The notes under the pieces are model-generated. The model searched no databases, was not told where the DNA came from, and saw only the letters and a program-made list of their open reading frames with translations. Positions 37,446-47,675 of a stretch of DNA of 64,000 bases are shown piece by piece. The translations under genes were made by a program, and so were the position numbers. The DNA lies in IMG/VR virus record IMGVR_UViG_3300022745_000017, positions 124,001 through 188,000 of that record. One strand, written 5' to 3'. How positions within the stretch are numbered: the first letter of the stretch is position 1; every line of letters begins with the position of its first letter.

Positions 37446-38453
37446 ATGGCAAACCGTAACAAAAAGCCCCTGACTAACTCTTTTGCGCGCCCACCCAAAT
37501 ATGCCATCAGTGGCACCGCCGCTGACATTCAGAAAGTAAATGGCCTCTTAGACACCAAAGAAATCGTTTACTTAGACGATACGCGAAGCATTCTCGACAA
37601 TAACCGCAAGCGCCGAGAGATGGTGGATATGTCAGACCACCGAATCATCGTGGTCAACATGTCAGACCCTCTTAACTGCATTAGTGTACTCGAAGCTGAC
37701 AATAGCCACTTGTCCCATAACCCGGCAGACATTGCTGTCATCATCGTTACACCGCCCGGCACTAAAGCGCCAAGTCTGGAATACCGCGCAACTTGGAAAC
37801 TTGGTCGCCATCTCTATAACACGGTTGGTATGGTCATTGTTGTAAATGAACTAACCCAATCGGTTGTTCGGTGTGTTGTAGGTAACTTCTTGGACAATGA
37901 AAATAAGAAGGGTAAGTTCGTGTATGGTGATAAATCAGAGACCTACCACTCTATTAGCACACATCTGGCTTGTGATAACAGCCAATATATCAAGTTGGGT
38001 ATTAAGTTGTTCGATGACTTAGATGAGATACCTGCCGACGGGATCAATTACTCTCTGGTGACGTGTGAAAGACAGGACACCGAAGCTGAGGATCTCGTTG
38101 AACACATCGCCCATGTGCTACGCGACTGTTATGTAAACCGGCATACACCGCATAATCCAGAGGACTTATCGACAGTTGGCTTCACGTTTACACTGACGGT
38201 GAACAAACAGTGGTTGACACAGCTCCAAGAAAAAGCAATCTATAGCGTAACAGATTTGAAGGACTTGCTCAGTCACGCATTGTTCACCCAGGAAAAGCCC
38301 GATCCCAGCAATGAGCTTTTCATGGCCTTCAATGCATTTGTCCAATCGCAAGAAACCCCAAAAGACATTCGTATCGACATCTTGGATGACAGACCCTATA
38401 TCGTCTGGAATGGAAAAGCTTGTCCCATCTCTGATACCCCTTCGTTTCTCTAA
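37446..38453 (+). CDS. hypothetical protein
   Basis: 335 aa; promoter motif at 37403. Confidence 0.8.
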   Translation: MANRNKKPLTNSFARPPKYAISGTAADIQKVNGLLDTKEIVYLDDTRSILDNNRKRREMVDMSDHRIIVVNMSDPLNCISVLEADNSHLSHNPADIAVIIVTPPGTKAPSLEYRATWKLGRHLYNTVGMVIVVNELTQSVVRCVVGNFLDNENKKGKFVYGDKSETYHSISTHLACDNSQYIKLGIKLFDDLDEIPADGINYSLVTCERQDTEAEDLVEHIAHVLRDCYVNRHTPHNPEDLSTVGFTFTLTVNKQWLTQLQEKAIYSVTDLKDLLSHALFTQEKPDPSNELFMAFNAFVQSQETPKDIRIDILDDRPYIVWNGKACPISDTPSFL

Positions 38454-38470
38454 ACTCTAAAGGAGTTATA

Positions 38471-38932
38471 ATGGCTGACTTTGACGGCGATGATATGCCT
38501 GGGGCTATGTTCTCAGCTCCACCCCTCAATCCTGGGCGCATTTACTCGCCCAACGAATACTTCTTGGCCCTGGGAAAAGCTATTCTCCATGGCTGCACTC
38601 CCACTACAAAAGAGTGCTTTCAAAAGGCTATGTATCCTCGCACCCCGATGGAGGAACAAACCCCTCAACAACCACTTGTCGAGTTCCGAGAAGACCGACT
38701 AGCGGTAGTCGCCATCAGTATCCTACACAGCTACATGGAAGCTAGTGCTGGGGGTACAAAAGACTGCACCATCAATTTCAAGATACCGGTGGCTGAGGAA
38801 GAAAAGATAAATCCTCACCATAGTGTGTTCAACAAAACCACACCCCCATGCAACAACACCATCTCACGCCATCTGAAGCCGTTAAAGCAGTCGTTGAAAC
38901 GACTCTGCGGCAGTGGCAAAAAACAGACGTGA
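38471..38932 (+). CDS. hypothetical protein starting with ADFDGDDM
   Basis: AAGGAG SD; terminator hairpin ~38973-39004. Confidence 0.65.
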   Translation: MADFDGDDMPGAMFSAPPLNPGRIYSPNEYFLALGKAILHGCTPTTKECFQKAMYPRTPMEEQTPQQPLVEFREDRLAVVAISILHSYMEASAGGTKDCTINFKIPVAEEEKINPHHSVFNKTTPPCNNTISRHLKPLKQSLKRLCGSGKKQT

Positions 38933-39007
38933 TCGATCCACTACCCAAGCTTTTGGAGCTGGCCGATTAACGCCTCCCTAGGACGTGAAAGCGTCCTAGG
39001 GAGGTTT

Positions 39008-39268
39008 ATGCTGTTTTTATGTATGAACACACCGTATAGAGTAGATGGGCCTTGTACGCTGTTTACTTCAACTGTAGACGGCGCTCCGCCCGAAGCAGTG
39101 AGCTTTCGCCTCGATGTGCCTTGTATGTCGTTCATGATTGATCGCAGTGAGTATGACGCTCTCCAGCGCTGGGCCAAAAACAACAACCTGAAAGGGGTCG
39201 ATGCACTCTCGAACATTGTTTTATTAGCCCTAGACCAATTCATCACCAAGCAAAAGGAAACACCATGA
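39008..39268 (+). CDS. hypothetical protein
   Basis: ORF coupled to next gene; start may be 39023. Confidence 0.55.
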   Translation: MLFLCMNTPYRVDGPCTLFTSTVDGAPPEAVSFRLDVPCMSFMIDRSEYDALQRWAKNNNLKGVDALSNIVLLALDQFITKQKETP

Positions 39269-39783
39269 AACGCTTCTTCGTACTGGTAAAAAACCCAGAT
39301 GGTAAAAATGACAAACGCCTGGCTAGCCTGGGTACAGCTAGTAAGGCCTTCATTCGCTCATTGACTGAAAAGGTCAAAGAAGAGCAGTCGCGCTTAGGCA
39401 AACAACTCACGGCTTTTGACTGGAACACGCACTTTGACTACTTCAAGAGTGTGCTGACCTCACCGGAAGCTTGGGGCGATGCCTACACACCGGCCAAGAT
39501 GGTATCAGCCACGCTGTGCACACCCGCTTACCGGGCTGAGATCGTTGCGCACGAGTATCGCAAGGACATGCACTTTGTCGCTCTGATCGACCGGACTACC
39601 GGCAATCCGATGCACTATGTGCCCTTGTCATGCAACTTCTTGCGCGGTTTGGTCAAGCGCTATCCCAGTACCGATGATTGGGACGGTGACCCAGCGTACA
39701 ACGAACGCCGTGGCAACGAGTTGATAGTAGAGCTCACCAAACTGGGCCTGCTGGTCTCCGAAGACTTTGTCGGAACTAACTGA
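39265..39783 (+). CDS. hypothetical protein
   Basis: AAGGA SD. Confidence 0.8.
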   Translation: MKRFFVLVKNPDGKNDKRLASLGTASKAFIRSLTEKVKEEQSRLGKQLTAFDWNTHFDYFKSVLTSPEAWGDAYTPAKMVSATLCTPAYRAEIVAHEYRKDMHFVALIDRTTGNPMHYVPLSCNFLRGLVKRYPSTDDWDGDPAYNERRGNELIVELTKLGLLVSEDFVGTN

Positions 39784-39835
39784 TTGCAAACCCCCAAGGG
39801 TCATAAACCACATGACCCTTTTCTAGGAGCCCCAC

Positions 39836-40192
39836 ATGTCAGACAAAAAGATCCTCAACATCTTCCGAGAAGACTTGCCGGTGTATCAAACGACACCCAA
39901 GCGCAGCTCGGACTTACAAAAACTCTACGACATCACCCTGCCTAAAGGCATGTACTTGCGCAGAGGCCGACCCAACAGCAATGTGTCTTGCAACATTCAC
40001 TTGGTTGTCAAACTCCCTACTCATGCAATACTGCCCAAAGGTTTAGCCCAAGAAGCGGTGTTTAACGTGGGCACGACCAAGAGCTGCACCAAAGAAACCA
40101 TCTCATCCAAAATCAGCGCCGCTCAACTAGCCATCGACGCTAGAGCTGCACACATCGCACGACTCATCAATTTCACAGGTACAGACAAATGA
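39836..40192 (+). CDS. hypothetical basic protein
   Basis: AGGAG SD. Confidence 0.75.
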   Translation: MSDKKILNIFREDLPVYQTTPKRSSDLQKLYDITLPKGMYLRRGRPNSNVSCNIHLVVKLPTHAILPKGLAQEAVFNVGTTKSCTKETISSKISAAQLAIDARAAHIARLINFTGTDK

Positions 40193-40770
40193 TCAAAGTA
40201 GACGTTTACTCAATGACGTATGATTTCAACACTCCACTCGATGAGATCGAGTGCTCGCCTTACGACATCGTTCGCAAGCATGTCCTCGATGCTTGTAAAG
40301 AGTTCACGAAGACTCTCGCAGGACTACCTGGCTTCGTGACAGCCCACCTTTATACAAAGGGTATTTCAGCCAAGCGGCAATTCGGTGTTCTGGACGCTAT
40401 GAAGCTGGCCGCTTTTTTCAAAGCTCCGTACAATAGCACAGAGCGATGGATTGATTTGTTTGCTGAGCAGTTGAAGTTAGACGCAGCTGTAGGTAGTGAC
40501 ACCATGTTAGGACTCCTCTGGGATATCCGCCCGGCTCCTAACAACCCACGACCCTTTTACAACATACCTAAAATCGAGTACAACCATGGCACGTACCTTT
40601 TCTATCCGCCTTATGCATACACATTCGAAACAGGCGACCGGATTGGTGATTGGTTCATAACCGATGATCATGGAAACTCTGTCGATTGCCTACACGTCTG
40701 TGATTATTGGGACCGAGTACGTCTTGGCCTAGAAGAAAATAACGAAGATGCCTTCTATGACAACGAATGA
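40189..40770 (+). CDS. conserved phage hypothetical protein
   Basis: ATGA overlap; IGDWFITDDHGN motif. Confidence 0.75.
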   Translation: MIKVDVYSMTYDFNTPLDEIECSPYDIVRKHVLDACKEFTKTLAGLPGFVTAHLYTKGISAKRQFGVLDAMKLAAFFKAPYNSTERWIDLFAEQLKLDAAVGSDTMLGLLWDIRPAPNNPRPFYNIPKIEYNHGTYLFYPPYAYTFETGDRIGDWFITDDHGNSVDCLHVCDYWDRVRLGLEENNEDAFYDNE

Positions 40771-41209
40771 ATTGAGTAGGATCTGGTTACCACCGATATT
40801 GGCACAGGTTTTGTGTGCTATTGTACACAGTGTCTTTGATGCAACTTCACCACTTTGGAGTGATACCGTGAAAAGTCGAGTTAAGTCAACCAGCCTTACA
40901 TTACTGGCTATCGCCTGTTTTGTAGCCTTGATGCTGGCCGTATTTGCCGCATCGATTTCGACGGATGGACAAGACGCACGAATGCGTCGAGCTAATCACA
41001 ACCTGATTGGCGCGATCCGCTACAGTGATCTTATCCCTAAGGAAGCGACGAACGCACAATGCTTCGCTCAGTTTGACCACGACGGTTACGCACTTTGCTC
41101 TTATCAGGTGCCACCCAGCAAGCAGGTCAACTACCTTCAGTGTCCAGCTAGCTACGATCTCGTGGTGTTATACACTGTGACCAAGTGTCGCCGAGCCCAC
41201 ATCCCATAA
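40757..41209 (+). CDS. membrane protein with Cys-rich exported domain
   Basis: two TM segments; C..DHDGYA.C...C...C. Confidence 0.7.
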   Translation: MTTNELSRIWLPPILAQVLCAIVHSVFDATSPLWSDTVKSRVKSTSLTLLAIACFVALMLAVFAASISTDGQDARMRRANHNLIGAIRYSDLIPKEATNAQCFAQFDHDGYALCSYQVPPSKQVNYLQCPASYDLVVLYTVTKCRRAHIP

Positions 41210-41275
41210 AAACACAAGCACATATAACAATTGTGATCCAGGGCATTCGTCCTGGACTTATCTAGGAGAGCCAAA

Positions 41276-41434
41276 ATGGCTAAGTCCCCACCTGTCATCG
41301 TCCCACCTAAGGCCAAGCCTGTGGTGGCCTTTTTGCTGGCTGTCATTGCAGTGATGTCCCAGTCAGGATGTGTCACACATGTCTACCGGGGTGAACCGAC
41401 CACGGCCGTAACGCCTAGTGGCAAGACAGCCTGA
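41276..41434 (+). CDS. 52-aa putative lipoprotein (not in ORF track)
   Basis: AGGAG SD; basic N-terminus, hydrophobic core, QSG-C; promoter motif 41219, hairpin after. Confidence 0.55.
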   Translation: MAKSPPVIVPPKAKPVVAFLLAVIAVMSQSGCVTHVYRGEPTTAVTPSGKTA

Positions 41435-41501
41435 CCAATGCCTCCTGAGACCGAGTAAAGTCTCAGGAGGCATTCCCACTAATCATTTTTTCATCACTCC
41501 C

Positions 41502-41771
41502 ATGACCCAAGTTCAAACTTATCTGGAATGCTTATACACGCTATCTGCCATTCCTTGGCTGTCCGCACTTTTCTTTCTCACCTCTCTCGGAGCTTTCAAT
41601 CGCTTGATTGACGCACTGACCTATCGCAACTTCGTCAGCTTCCCGGCTAAGACAGCGCCCCTACTGAGCGCAGTCGCAACAGGCGCATATAGCTTCGTCA
41701 TTAGCTTACCACACATGCCGCAAGACGTACAGCGCGTAGCGATCTACGTGACACAATCCATCCTCACTTAG
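41502..41771 (+). CDS. small membrane protein
   Basis: two hydrophobic segments. Confidence 0.55.
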   Translation: MTQVQTYLECLYTLSAIPWLSALFFLTSLGAFNRLIDALTYRNFVSFPAKTAPLLSAVATGAYSFVISLPHMPQDVQRVAIYVTQSILT

Positions 41772-41827
41772 CAAGTTTTTAACAAGCCTGCGCATTTTCT
41801 GCTAACCCCTTCAATAAAGGAAATATC

Positions 41828-43516
41828 ATGACCTCCAAAATCACTGAGCTGAACTTTTACCGCAATGACATCACATTGACGGCTTCGATGAGCGACACCA
41901 TGGCACTCTATGCGATCATGCATCATCGCCCGGACCTCAAAGAAAGTCTGCACGCCAAGATTGAAGCAGCCATACGTGAAGTCTTGCGTGAGCAAGACAA
42001 CTCATGGGGCGTCCCGATGACCACGTACTTTCCCCCGAACATGGTGGCTGTGCTTCAGAAGCGATCATTGGCGAAAGGAACGCCGATCAACAATGAGCTC
42101 ATCGACAGCTTGCGCCTGGGTATGAGCCTCTGTGAAGATATGATCCCTCATCAAAGCGCCGACAGTGAAGACCCGGTTTGCAACCTGATCTCCTTGCGAG
42201 AAATCCCAGCAACGCAACCCATGAGCACTCCCACGGCTGCACAACCTGTCGCCACACCAGCACCTCAGCCTGAAGTCAAAGCCACTGCCAAGCCACCTGA
42301 GCCAATGATCCTAGGTGATTTGGACTACGCCGAAGAAGTAGCCAAGAACGTGGGTAAGCAAGAACTCCGCGATGTCAAAGAAGCCATCGATGAAGCCGGT
42401 GCCAAGCTGCGCTACATTCCGACAGAAGGCGGCGGCAGTTTGGTGTGGCGCAAGCCGGGTGAAGATATGTCCGAGGGCTACCCCGTCCAGATCGCCATGA
42501 CGGCTTTCGACGATGACCTGCGACTCTACATCTCACGCAGCACCACGATGTTCGTGTCTGATGACATCACATCACGCGCCGGCACGTCGGAAAGCGGTTT
42601 CAGCGATGGTTACACGGCGGCCTGCATCACCAACGTCGCTATGGAGGTAGTGATGGAGAAGATGCGGTCGTCCATGGGGATCGACCGCATCACTGCTTTC
42701 TCCAATGGTCTGACGGCCCGAATGTCTGACAGCCGTACTTACGGAATCGTCATGCATCATGACGTGGCCTACATCCCCGTCATCTTCAATGCCAATGAAG
42801 GTGACTTTGTGAAGACTCATGCAAATCACTGGCTCCCTCCGTCAGTAGTTATTGAGCTGTGCATGCAGTTCCCAACAATGCTGCCCCGAATTCTCGTGCA
42901 GGTCATGGACTCACACACCGGAGGCTTCAATGAGCAAACCATGTACAAGCAAAATCATGCACTGATGCGCTCGTCTTTACCCACTCAATCGGTGGTCGAT
43001 GAGGTCGAACCCGAGGTCGAAGAGCATGAGCTTGTGGTGGTGAGCTCCGAGGGAAAACGCACCTTGTCATGGGTCATCAGTGGCACTGTCAATGGTACAC
43101 CGGGTGTGACGGTGCGCCGTGTAAAGGTCAACCCTGTCTTGAGCAAAGATGTGGACGGCATAGACTACAGTTGCAGTACTGATGACTGGAAGGATTGGAA
43201 GATCACCACGAAAGATCCCAAAGTCATCGATGGCACGATCGACCCTCTACGCATCATGACGGAAAAGGTGGCGATTCACTACGCCACGTACCTCGGCTTG
43301 ATCAACCCCTCGAAACACGTCGAGAAGATCTACGAAGAGCTGAAGGCCATGAATGCCATAATCTCAAGCGGTGATTCGTTGATTTACGTGGTGAGCCTCA
43401 TCATCCGAAACCCGGAAACCCAGCTCGATTGGCAAGAGGGCAGCGATCTGGCAAAGGGTCGCAAGTGGGTCAAGCGCCCCACCCTGTCTTGGAGCGACCA
43501 AAGTACCGCTGACTGA
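41828..43516 (+). CDS. hypothetical protein (562 aa, Pro/Ala linker)
   Basis: AAGGA SD, long ORF with biased codons. Confidence 0.85.
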   Translation: MTSKITELNFYRNDITLTASMSDTMALYAIMHHRPDLKESLHAKIEAAIREVLREQDNSWGVPMTTYFPPNMVAVLQKRSLAKGTPINNELIDSLRLGMSLCEDMIPHQSADSEDPVCNLISLREIPATQPMSTPTAAQPVATPAPQPEVKATAKPPEPMILGDLDYAEEVAKNVGKQELRDVKEAIDEAGAKLRYIPTEGGGSLVWRKPGEDMSEGYPVQIAMTAFDDDLRLYISRSTTMFVSDDITSRAGTSESGFSDGYTAACITNVAMEVVMEKMRSSMGIDRITAFSNGLTARMSDSRTYGIVMHHDVAYIPVIFNANEGDFVKTHANHWLPPSVVIELCMQFPTMLPRILVQVMDSHTGGFNEQTMYKQNHALMRSSLPTQSVVDEVEPEVEEHELVVVSSEGKRTLSWVISGTVNGTPGVTVRRVKVNPVLSKDVDGIDYSCSTDDWKDWKITTKDPKVIDGTIDPLRIMTEKVAIHYATYLGLINPSKHVEKIYEELKAMNAIISSGDSLIYVVSLIIRNPETQLDWQEGSDLAKGRKWVKRPTLSWSDQSTAD

Positions 43517-43531
43517 TGGCGTGAAGTTTGT

Positions 43532-43580
43532 GTAAGCAGACTGTGGGCCTAGGCCCACAGTCTGCTTACCTTTCTTTTTG
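43532..43580 (+). terminator. 38-bp perfect palindrome + T-tract
   Basis: GTAAGCAGACTGTGGGCCT|AGGCCCACAGTCTGCTTAC. Confidence 0.8.
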
Positions 43581-43644
43581 TCTATTTAGATACGGACACA
43601 TATCATCCCTATGGAACGCAGTTGTGTCTAAAGGAGATAAGCAA

Positions 43645-44082
43645 ATGATGGAGATATGGTTTTGTAAAACAAAAGACCCGCACGGCTATATGCAGAACTT
43701 CTACCGCAGGCCCATGGTAGACCAGGTGACTGGCTTGCTAATGTGTGCCAGTGAAGCCGTTTATCAGTCCAGAAAGTTTAACACCTTCAGTATCAAACAA
43801 GCAATCGCGCAGGCTGACAATCCTTTCATGGCTAAGCAGATCGCTTATCGCTACCCTATTGAAGTCCCAAATTGGGATAACGATAGATGCTTGGTTGAGA
43901 TGTTCAGCGTCGTGTACGATAAGTACAAACAACACCCAGACTTAGCGGAGCTACTCAAACAAACCTACCCAGCCAGGATATTTGAGCTCAGCTACAAAGA
44001 CCTCTATTGGGGAACTCCCCCTAATAAGTACGGTAAAAATCACTTAGGTCTCATCACCGAGACTGTTCGAGAAATGCTTTAA
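43645..44082 (+). CDS. NADAR (YbiA/RibX-like) family protein
   Basis: NFY, SE..YQ..KF, K..QHPDL..LL..T, E....D.YWG, GKN.LG.I...VRE. Confidence 0.88.
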   Translation: MMEIWFCKTKDPHGYMQNFYRRPMVDQVTGLLMCASEAVYQSRKFNTFSIKQAIAQADNPFMAKQIAYRYPIEVPNWDNDRCLVEMFSVVYDKYKQHPDLAELLKQTYPARIFELSYKDLYWGTPPNKYGKNHLGLITETVREML

Positions 44083-44093
44083 AGGAACTCCCC

Positions 44094-46229
44094 ATGGATA
44101 AGAACACTTACAGCAAGCTACTCCAAACAATCATTGCGCATAACTACGCTTATTACGTGCTCAATAAGCCTGTGATCAGCGACGATGCTTATAATGGCCT
44201 CTACAGTACTTTGCTGGCGATCGAGAAAGAGCACCCTGAGTACATCTTGCCCAACTCGCCTACGCAGTCCCCTGGGTCAGACTTGCATCAGATTCGCCAA
44301 GGTAAGTTCAACATCGTCAAGCACCTCACACCGATGTTGAGTCTGCGCACCGAAGTAGATACCTCCATCACCCCCATCCGTGACTTCTTTGACAGGATAG
44401 CAAAACAAAACATCTCTTACCCCCATGTCTTTAGTGAGTACAAGTATGACGGCGTCGCCCTCAGCTTGGTTTACCATAGTGAAGACGGGTGTGAAGCAGT
44501 GTTGTCTAACAGCCTGACACGCGGCGACGGCCTCTACGGTGAAGACGTGATGGTCAATGCTGAGCGGATTATTGGGGTTGACAAGTTCATCAGCTTAGCT
44601 GAAGGCGTCACTGATGCTAAGCTACCTACACTCATGAGCATTCGCGGTGAGGTCGTCATGCTCAAGAAGTATTTTGAGCGAGTCAATGCGGAGCTAGCAC
44701 TCCGTGGTGAGAAGCCTTACGCGAATTGTCGCAATGCAGCGGCCGGCATTTTACGCACATTCGACTGCCCGACGGAATCGCTCGACATGTTGGTGTTCAT
44801 CCCGTATGAAGTCTTGCTCCACAGCTCAACAGATCTAGAGACTCGTTTCGAGGACATTCATAGCTTTTATGAGTTAATCGCCCCAAAAAGCAAGACCCTG
44901 TCCTTGGCATTCGATCCTGTGGGCTTCCATGCCAGTGTCGAAGAGTGTCACACGGTTTATCAGATAATTAACGGTCAGCGTCAGCGACCATTACTGGATT
45001 TCGATATCGACGGCGTTGTCTTCAAACTCAGCTACCAACAGCGTCACCTGATGCCCCAAGCCAGTGGGCGTGAGCCGACATGGGCTTTTGCGCACAAGTT
45101 CGAACCCCAACAAGCCGTGACGACTTTGCTCAGCATTGACTTACAAGTAGGTCGCACAGGTCGTATCACACCCGTGGCTCGCATTGACCCCGTGAGTGTA
45201 GGTGGGGCCATCGTTGGCAGCGCAACGCTGCACAATGCTTCTGAGATCTCTCGACTACAGATCGGTGTTGGTGATACGGTCATCGTTCACCGTGGTGGTG
45301 ATGTGATTCCAGCCATCATCGGTGTGGCTGTCAAAGCAGTCAATCCAGTTACCTTCGAGATGCCTACAGCATGCCCAGAGTGTTCATCGACTGTGGTGGT
45401 CGACGGCGAGTCTCACTATTGCACGAACAAGAGCTGCCCGTCTCGGGTGCAAATGCGCTTTGAGCACTTCGTTAGTCGTAAAGCCATGAACATCGATGAA
45501 ATTGGTGAGCACATCATCGACTCACTGCTGCAAACTGGTTTAGTGACAACGGTGGCTGATCTCTACAGCATCGGGCAAGATAGTAGTGAGTGCTTGACCA
45601 TCGCACAGACCCAGCTTACCGCAATCACCACGCTTGTCACCAAAGGCATCTGCGGTAGCAAGACTGCTGTCAAGATTGTTCAGGCCTTGGAGAAATCCAA
45701 AAAAACGACCTTGCCAAAGTTCTTGTACGCGCTGGGCATTCGTTATGTCGGTGAAGGCACAGCCAAACGGCTAGCTAACCACTACGGCAATCTCGATGAC
45801 ATCATGAACGCCTCTCAAGCTGAGTTGGAGAAGATACCTGACATCGGCCAGACCACAGCTTCGAGTATCTTCCACTTCTTCGAACAGCAAGAAAACATCA
45901 ACCTTGTCAATGACTTGAGAGACGTTGGTGTGACCTGGTGGGAGCGATCTGGTAATTACTTAGCTAAACCATTGGCAGGTATGCGCTTTGTAATGACTGG
46001 CAGCTTTCCTAAGCCCAGGGAGTTAATGAAAGAGGTATTGGAAGAAAACGGAGCGCAGGTCAGCTCCTCGGTTGGCGCTAAGACTGATGCAGTGTTCGTT
46101 GGTGAAAAACCAACGACTGCTAAGGTAGATAAAGCTAAACATTTAAAACTTATGCTCTTGGGTTGGGATGATTTCCTAGCCATCGAAAAAGATCCTCAGA
46201 ACTGGGCAATCACCCGCGAGAAAATATAG
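44094..46229 (+). CDS. ligA: NAD-dependent DNA ligase
   Basis: KYDG motif I, TRGDG, RNAAAG, IDGVVFK, VGRTGRITPVA, Zn finger, HhH, BRCT. Confidence 0.96.
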   Translation: MDKNTYSKLLQTIIAHNYAYYVLNKPVISDDAYNGLYSTLLAIEKEHPEYILPNSPTQSPGSDLHQIRQGKFNIVKHLTPMLSLRTEVDTSITPIRDFFDRIAKQNISYPHVFSEYKYDGVALSLVYHSEDGCEAVLSNSLTRGDGLYGEDVMVNAERIIGVDKFISLAEGVTDAKLPTLMSIRGEVVMLKKYFERVNAELALRGEKPYANCRNAAAGILRTFDCPTESLDMLVFIPYEVLLHSSTDLETRFEDIHSFYELIAPKSKTLSLAFDPVGFHASVEECHTVYQIINGQRQRPLLDFDIDGVVFKLSYQQRHLMPQASGREPTWAFAHKFEPQQAVTTLLSIDLQVGRTGRITPVARIDPVSVGGAIVGSATLHNASEISRLQIGVGDTVIVHRGGDVIPAIIGVAVKAVNPVTFEMPTACPECSSTVVVDGESHYCTNKSCPSRVQMRFEHFVSRKAMNIDEIGEHIIDSLLQTGLVTTVADLYSIGQDSSECLTIAQTQLTAITTLVTKGICGSKTAVKIVQALEKSKKTTLPKFLYALGIRYVGEGTAKRLANHYGNLDDIMNASQAELEKIPDIGQTTASSIFHFFEQQENINLVNDLRDVGVTWWERSGNYLAKPLAGMRFVMTGSFPKPRELMKEVLEENGAQVSSSVGAKTDAVFVGEKPTTAKVDKAKHLKLMLLGWDDFLAIEKDPQNWAITREKI

Positions 46230-46240
46230 GAAATGAAATC

Positions 46241-46711
46241 ATGTCTATCGATCTACTCGATTACTACGATAAGATGCGAAAGCCCGAAAACATTACTTGC
46301 ACCGCTGTTTATGACGGTGAGAGGGTGTTGGAAGTCTTTCCTGTCTTTCGTAATCGCAAAAACCTGATCAATCTGTTCGAAAGCTATGGGGTTCGCCCCG
46401 TAGATAGTCCAATGGTGTTTAAGGCTTATGTAGCTGCAACGAAAGAAGCTAGGACTGCTCAACAACTGCCGACTGATGCGTGTATGTACATGCAGGCCCA
46501 CATCAGCATCGTTAAGGTGCTTGGCAGGGGTAATGGCAGTCTTTACGCCAAGGCCGCTGTACAGCCCGATCAGGCATGCTGCTTAAACCTGTGGCAATCT
46601 GGCTGCTGGCAACAGCTCGCCAGAGATTTTACGATGGGCAACCACGACTGCCTGAAAGTCATTGTCAAGCATATGCGCATGACTTATCTGAGGGATACCG
46701 CAAATGGATGA
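46241..46711 (+). CDS. hypothetical protein
   Basis: ORF in operon. Confidence 0.7.
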   Translation: MSIDLLDYYDKMRKPENITCTAVYDGERVLEVFPVFRNRKNLINLFESYGVRPVDSPMVFKAYVAATKEARTAQQLPTDACMYMQAHISIVKVLGRGNGSLYAKAAVQPDQACCLNLWQSGCWQQLARDFTMGNHDCLKVIVKHMRMTYLRDTANG

Positions 46712-47666
46712 AAACCTTAACCAAGTTTTACAGTGGGCCATGGTCTACATCAATGGCAAAATACCCTACGCCATTCCTGGGTGTGAGCTATCCGACGACC
46801 TCGATCAAGCAAAAGTCGAGTTCGTTTTGATGCCAGCCTCGTCGTCCCAAGCACAACCACTGCTGTGCTACTACGACAAAGCTCAGCAAAAAGGCGTCGT
46901 CGAGTTTTTAGGTAAGACTTATTACTTGACTACAGATAAACTGCTCCAACAGTATGACACCCGGTCGCACGACGCACTGGACAAATACGTCAGCTACTGG
47001 AAGGAGTGCCATAAGGAGCACATCCCTAGCAAGTCACACCACTTGCCAAAGAAGGTATCCCGCATTGTTCGCTCAATGATGCGAGATCATCAAATCGACA
47101 TCCCTGAAATATATGCGGTAGATGACTTCCACATGACTTGCTTCACGACAGGTGAGCAGCGTGGCTACATCAGTATCTGCAAACTCGAAAACACGCTGGT
47201 GGTTAGAAAGCTGATTTCCAATCCAACTAAAGTCGAAGTTAAGCAGTTTGATCTGACAGGCATTGGCGATGATCAGAAAAAGATCTCTGATTTAGCTACT
47301 ACTGTGTTTGAAAGTCTGTGCTTCGAGGTGTTACAAGACATCCGCAAGCGCAAGCTGGTAGATGAGTTTAACAATTCTCCAGAGCAAGCTGTCTCCAGAT
47401 TAAAGGGCTTTCAAGCAAAACGTGTCGGTGTAGACTTGCATCCCGCCTACTATGACCAACCAACAACCGATGAAGACGACAGCAATGGTTACATCGGATT
47501 CTGGGAGTTGGAGAACGGTAAAGTCTACAAAGGTTTTTTGTACGGAGACATCGAAACCATCATCGAGTCCAACGCCTCTAAGATCGATGTCACCTACATC
47601 GTCGTTAAAGAACAATCCACATTCCAGGTAGATAGACTCTACTCATCTAACACCCTCATCCATTAA
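46704..47666 (+). CDS. hypothetical protein
   Basis: 320 aa, GAGG SD. Confidence 0.8.
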   Translation: MDENLNQVLQWAMVYINGKIPYAIPGCELSDDLDQAKVEFVLMPASSSQAQPLLCYYDKAQQKGVVEFLGKTYYLTTDKLLQQYDTRSHDALDKYVSYWKECHKEHIPSKSHHLPKKVSRIVRSMMRDHQIDIPEIYAVDDFHMTCFTTGEQRGYISICKLENTLVVRKLISNPTKVEVKQFDLTGIGDDQKKISDLATTVFESLCFEVLQDIRKRKLVDEFNNSPEQAVSRLKGFQAKRVGVDLHPAYYDQPTTDEDDSNGYIGFWELENGKVYKGFLYGDIETIIESNASKIDVTYIVVKEQSTFQVDRLYSSNTLIH

Positions 47667-47675
47667 GGAGCCACC

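Noticed and set aside
12402-46229. Genome-wide TAG reassignment (genetic code 15)
   Set aside because: TAG serves as a plausible true stop for DHFR, the macrodomain gene and the ligase, and long core genes have no internal TAG; only two interrupted genes were seen
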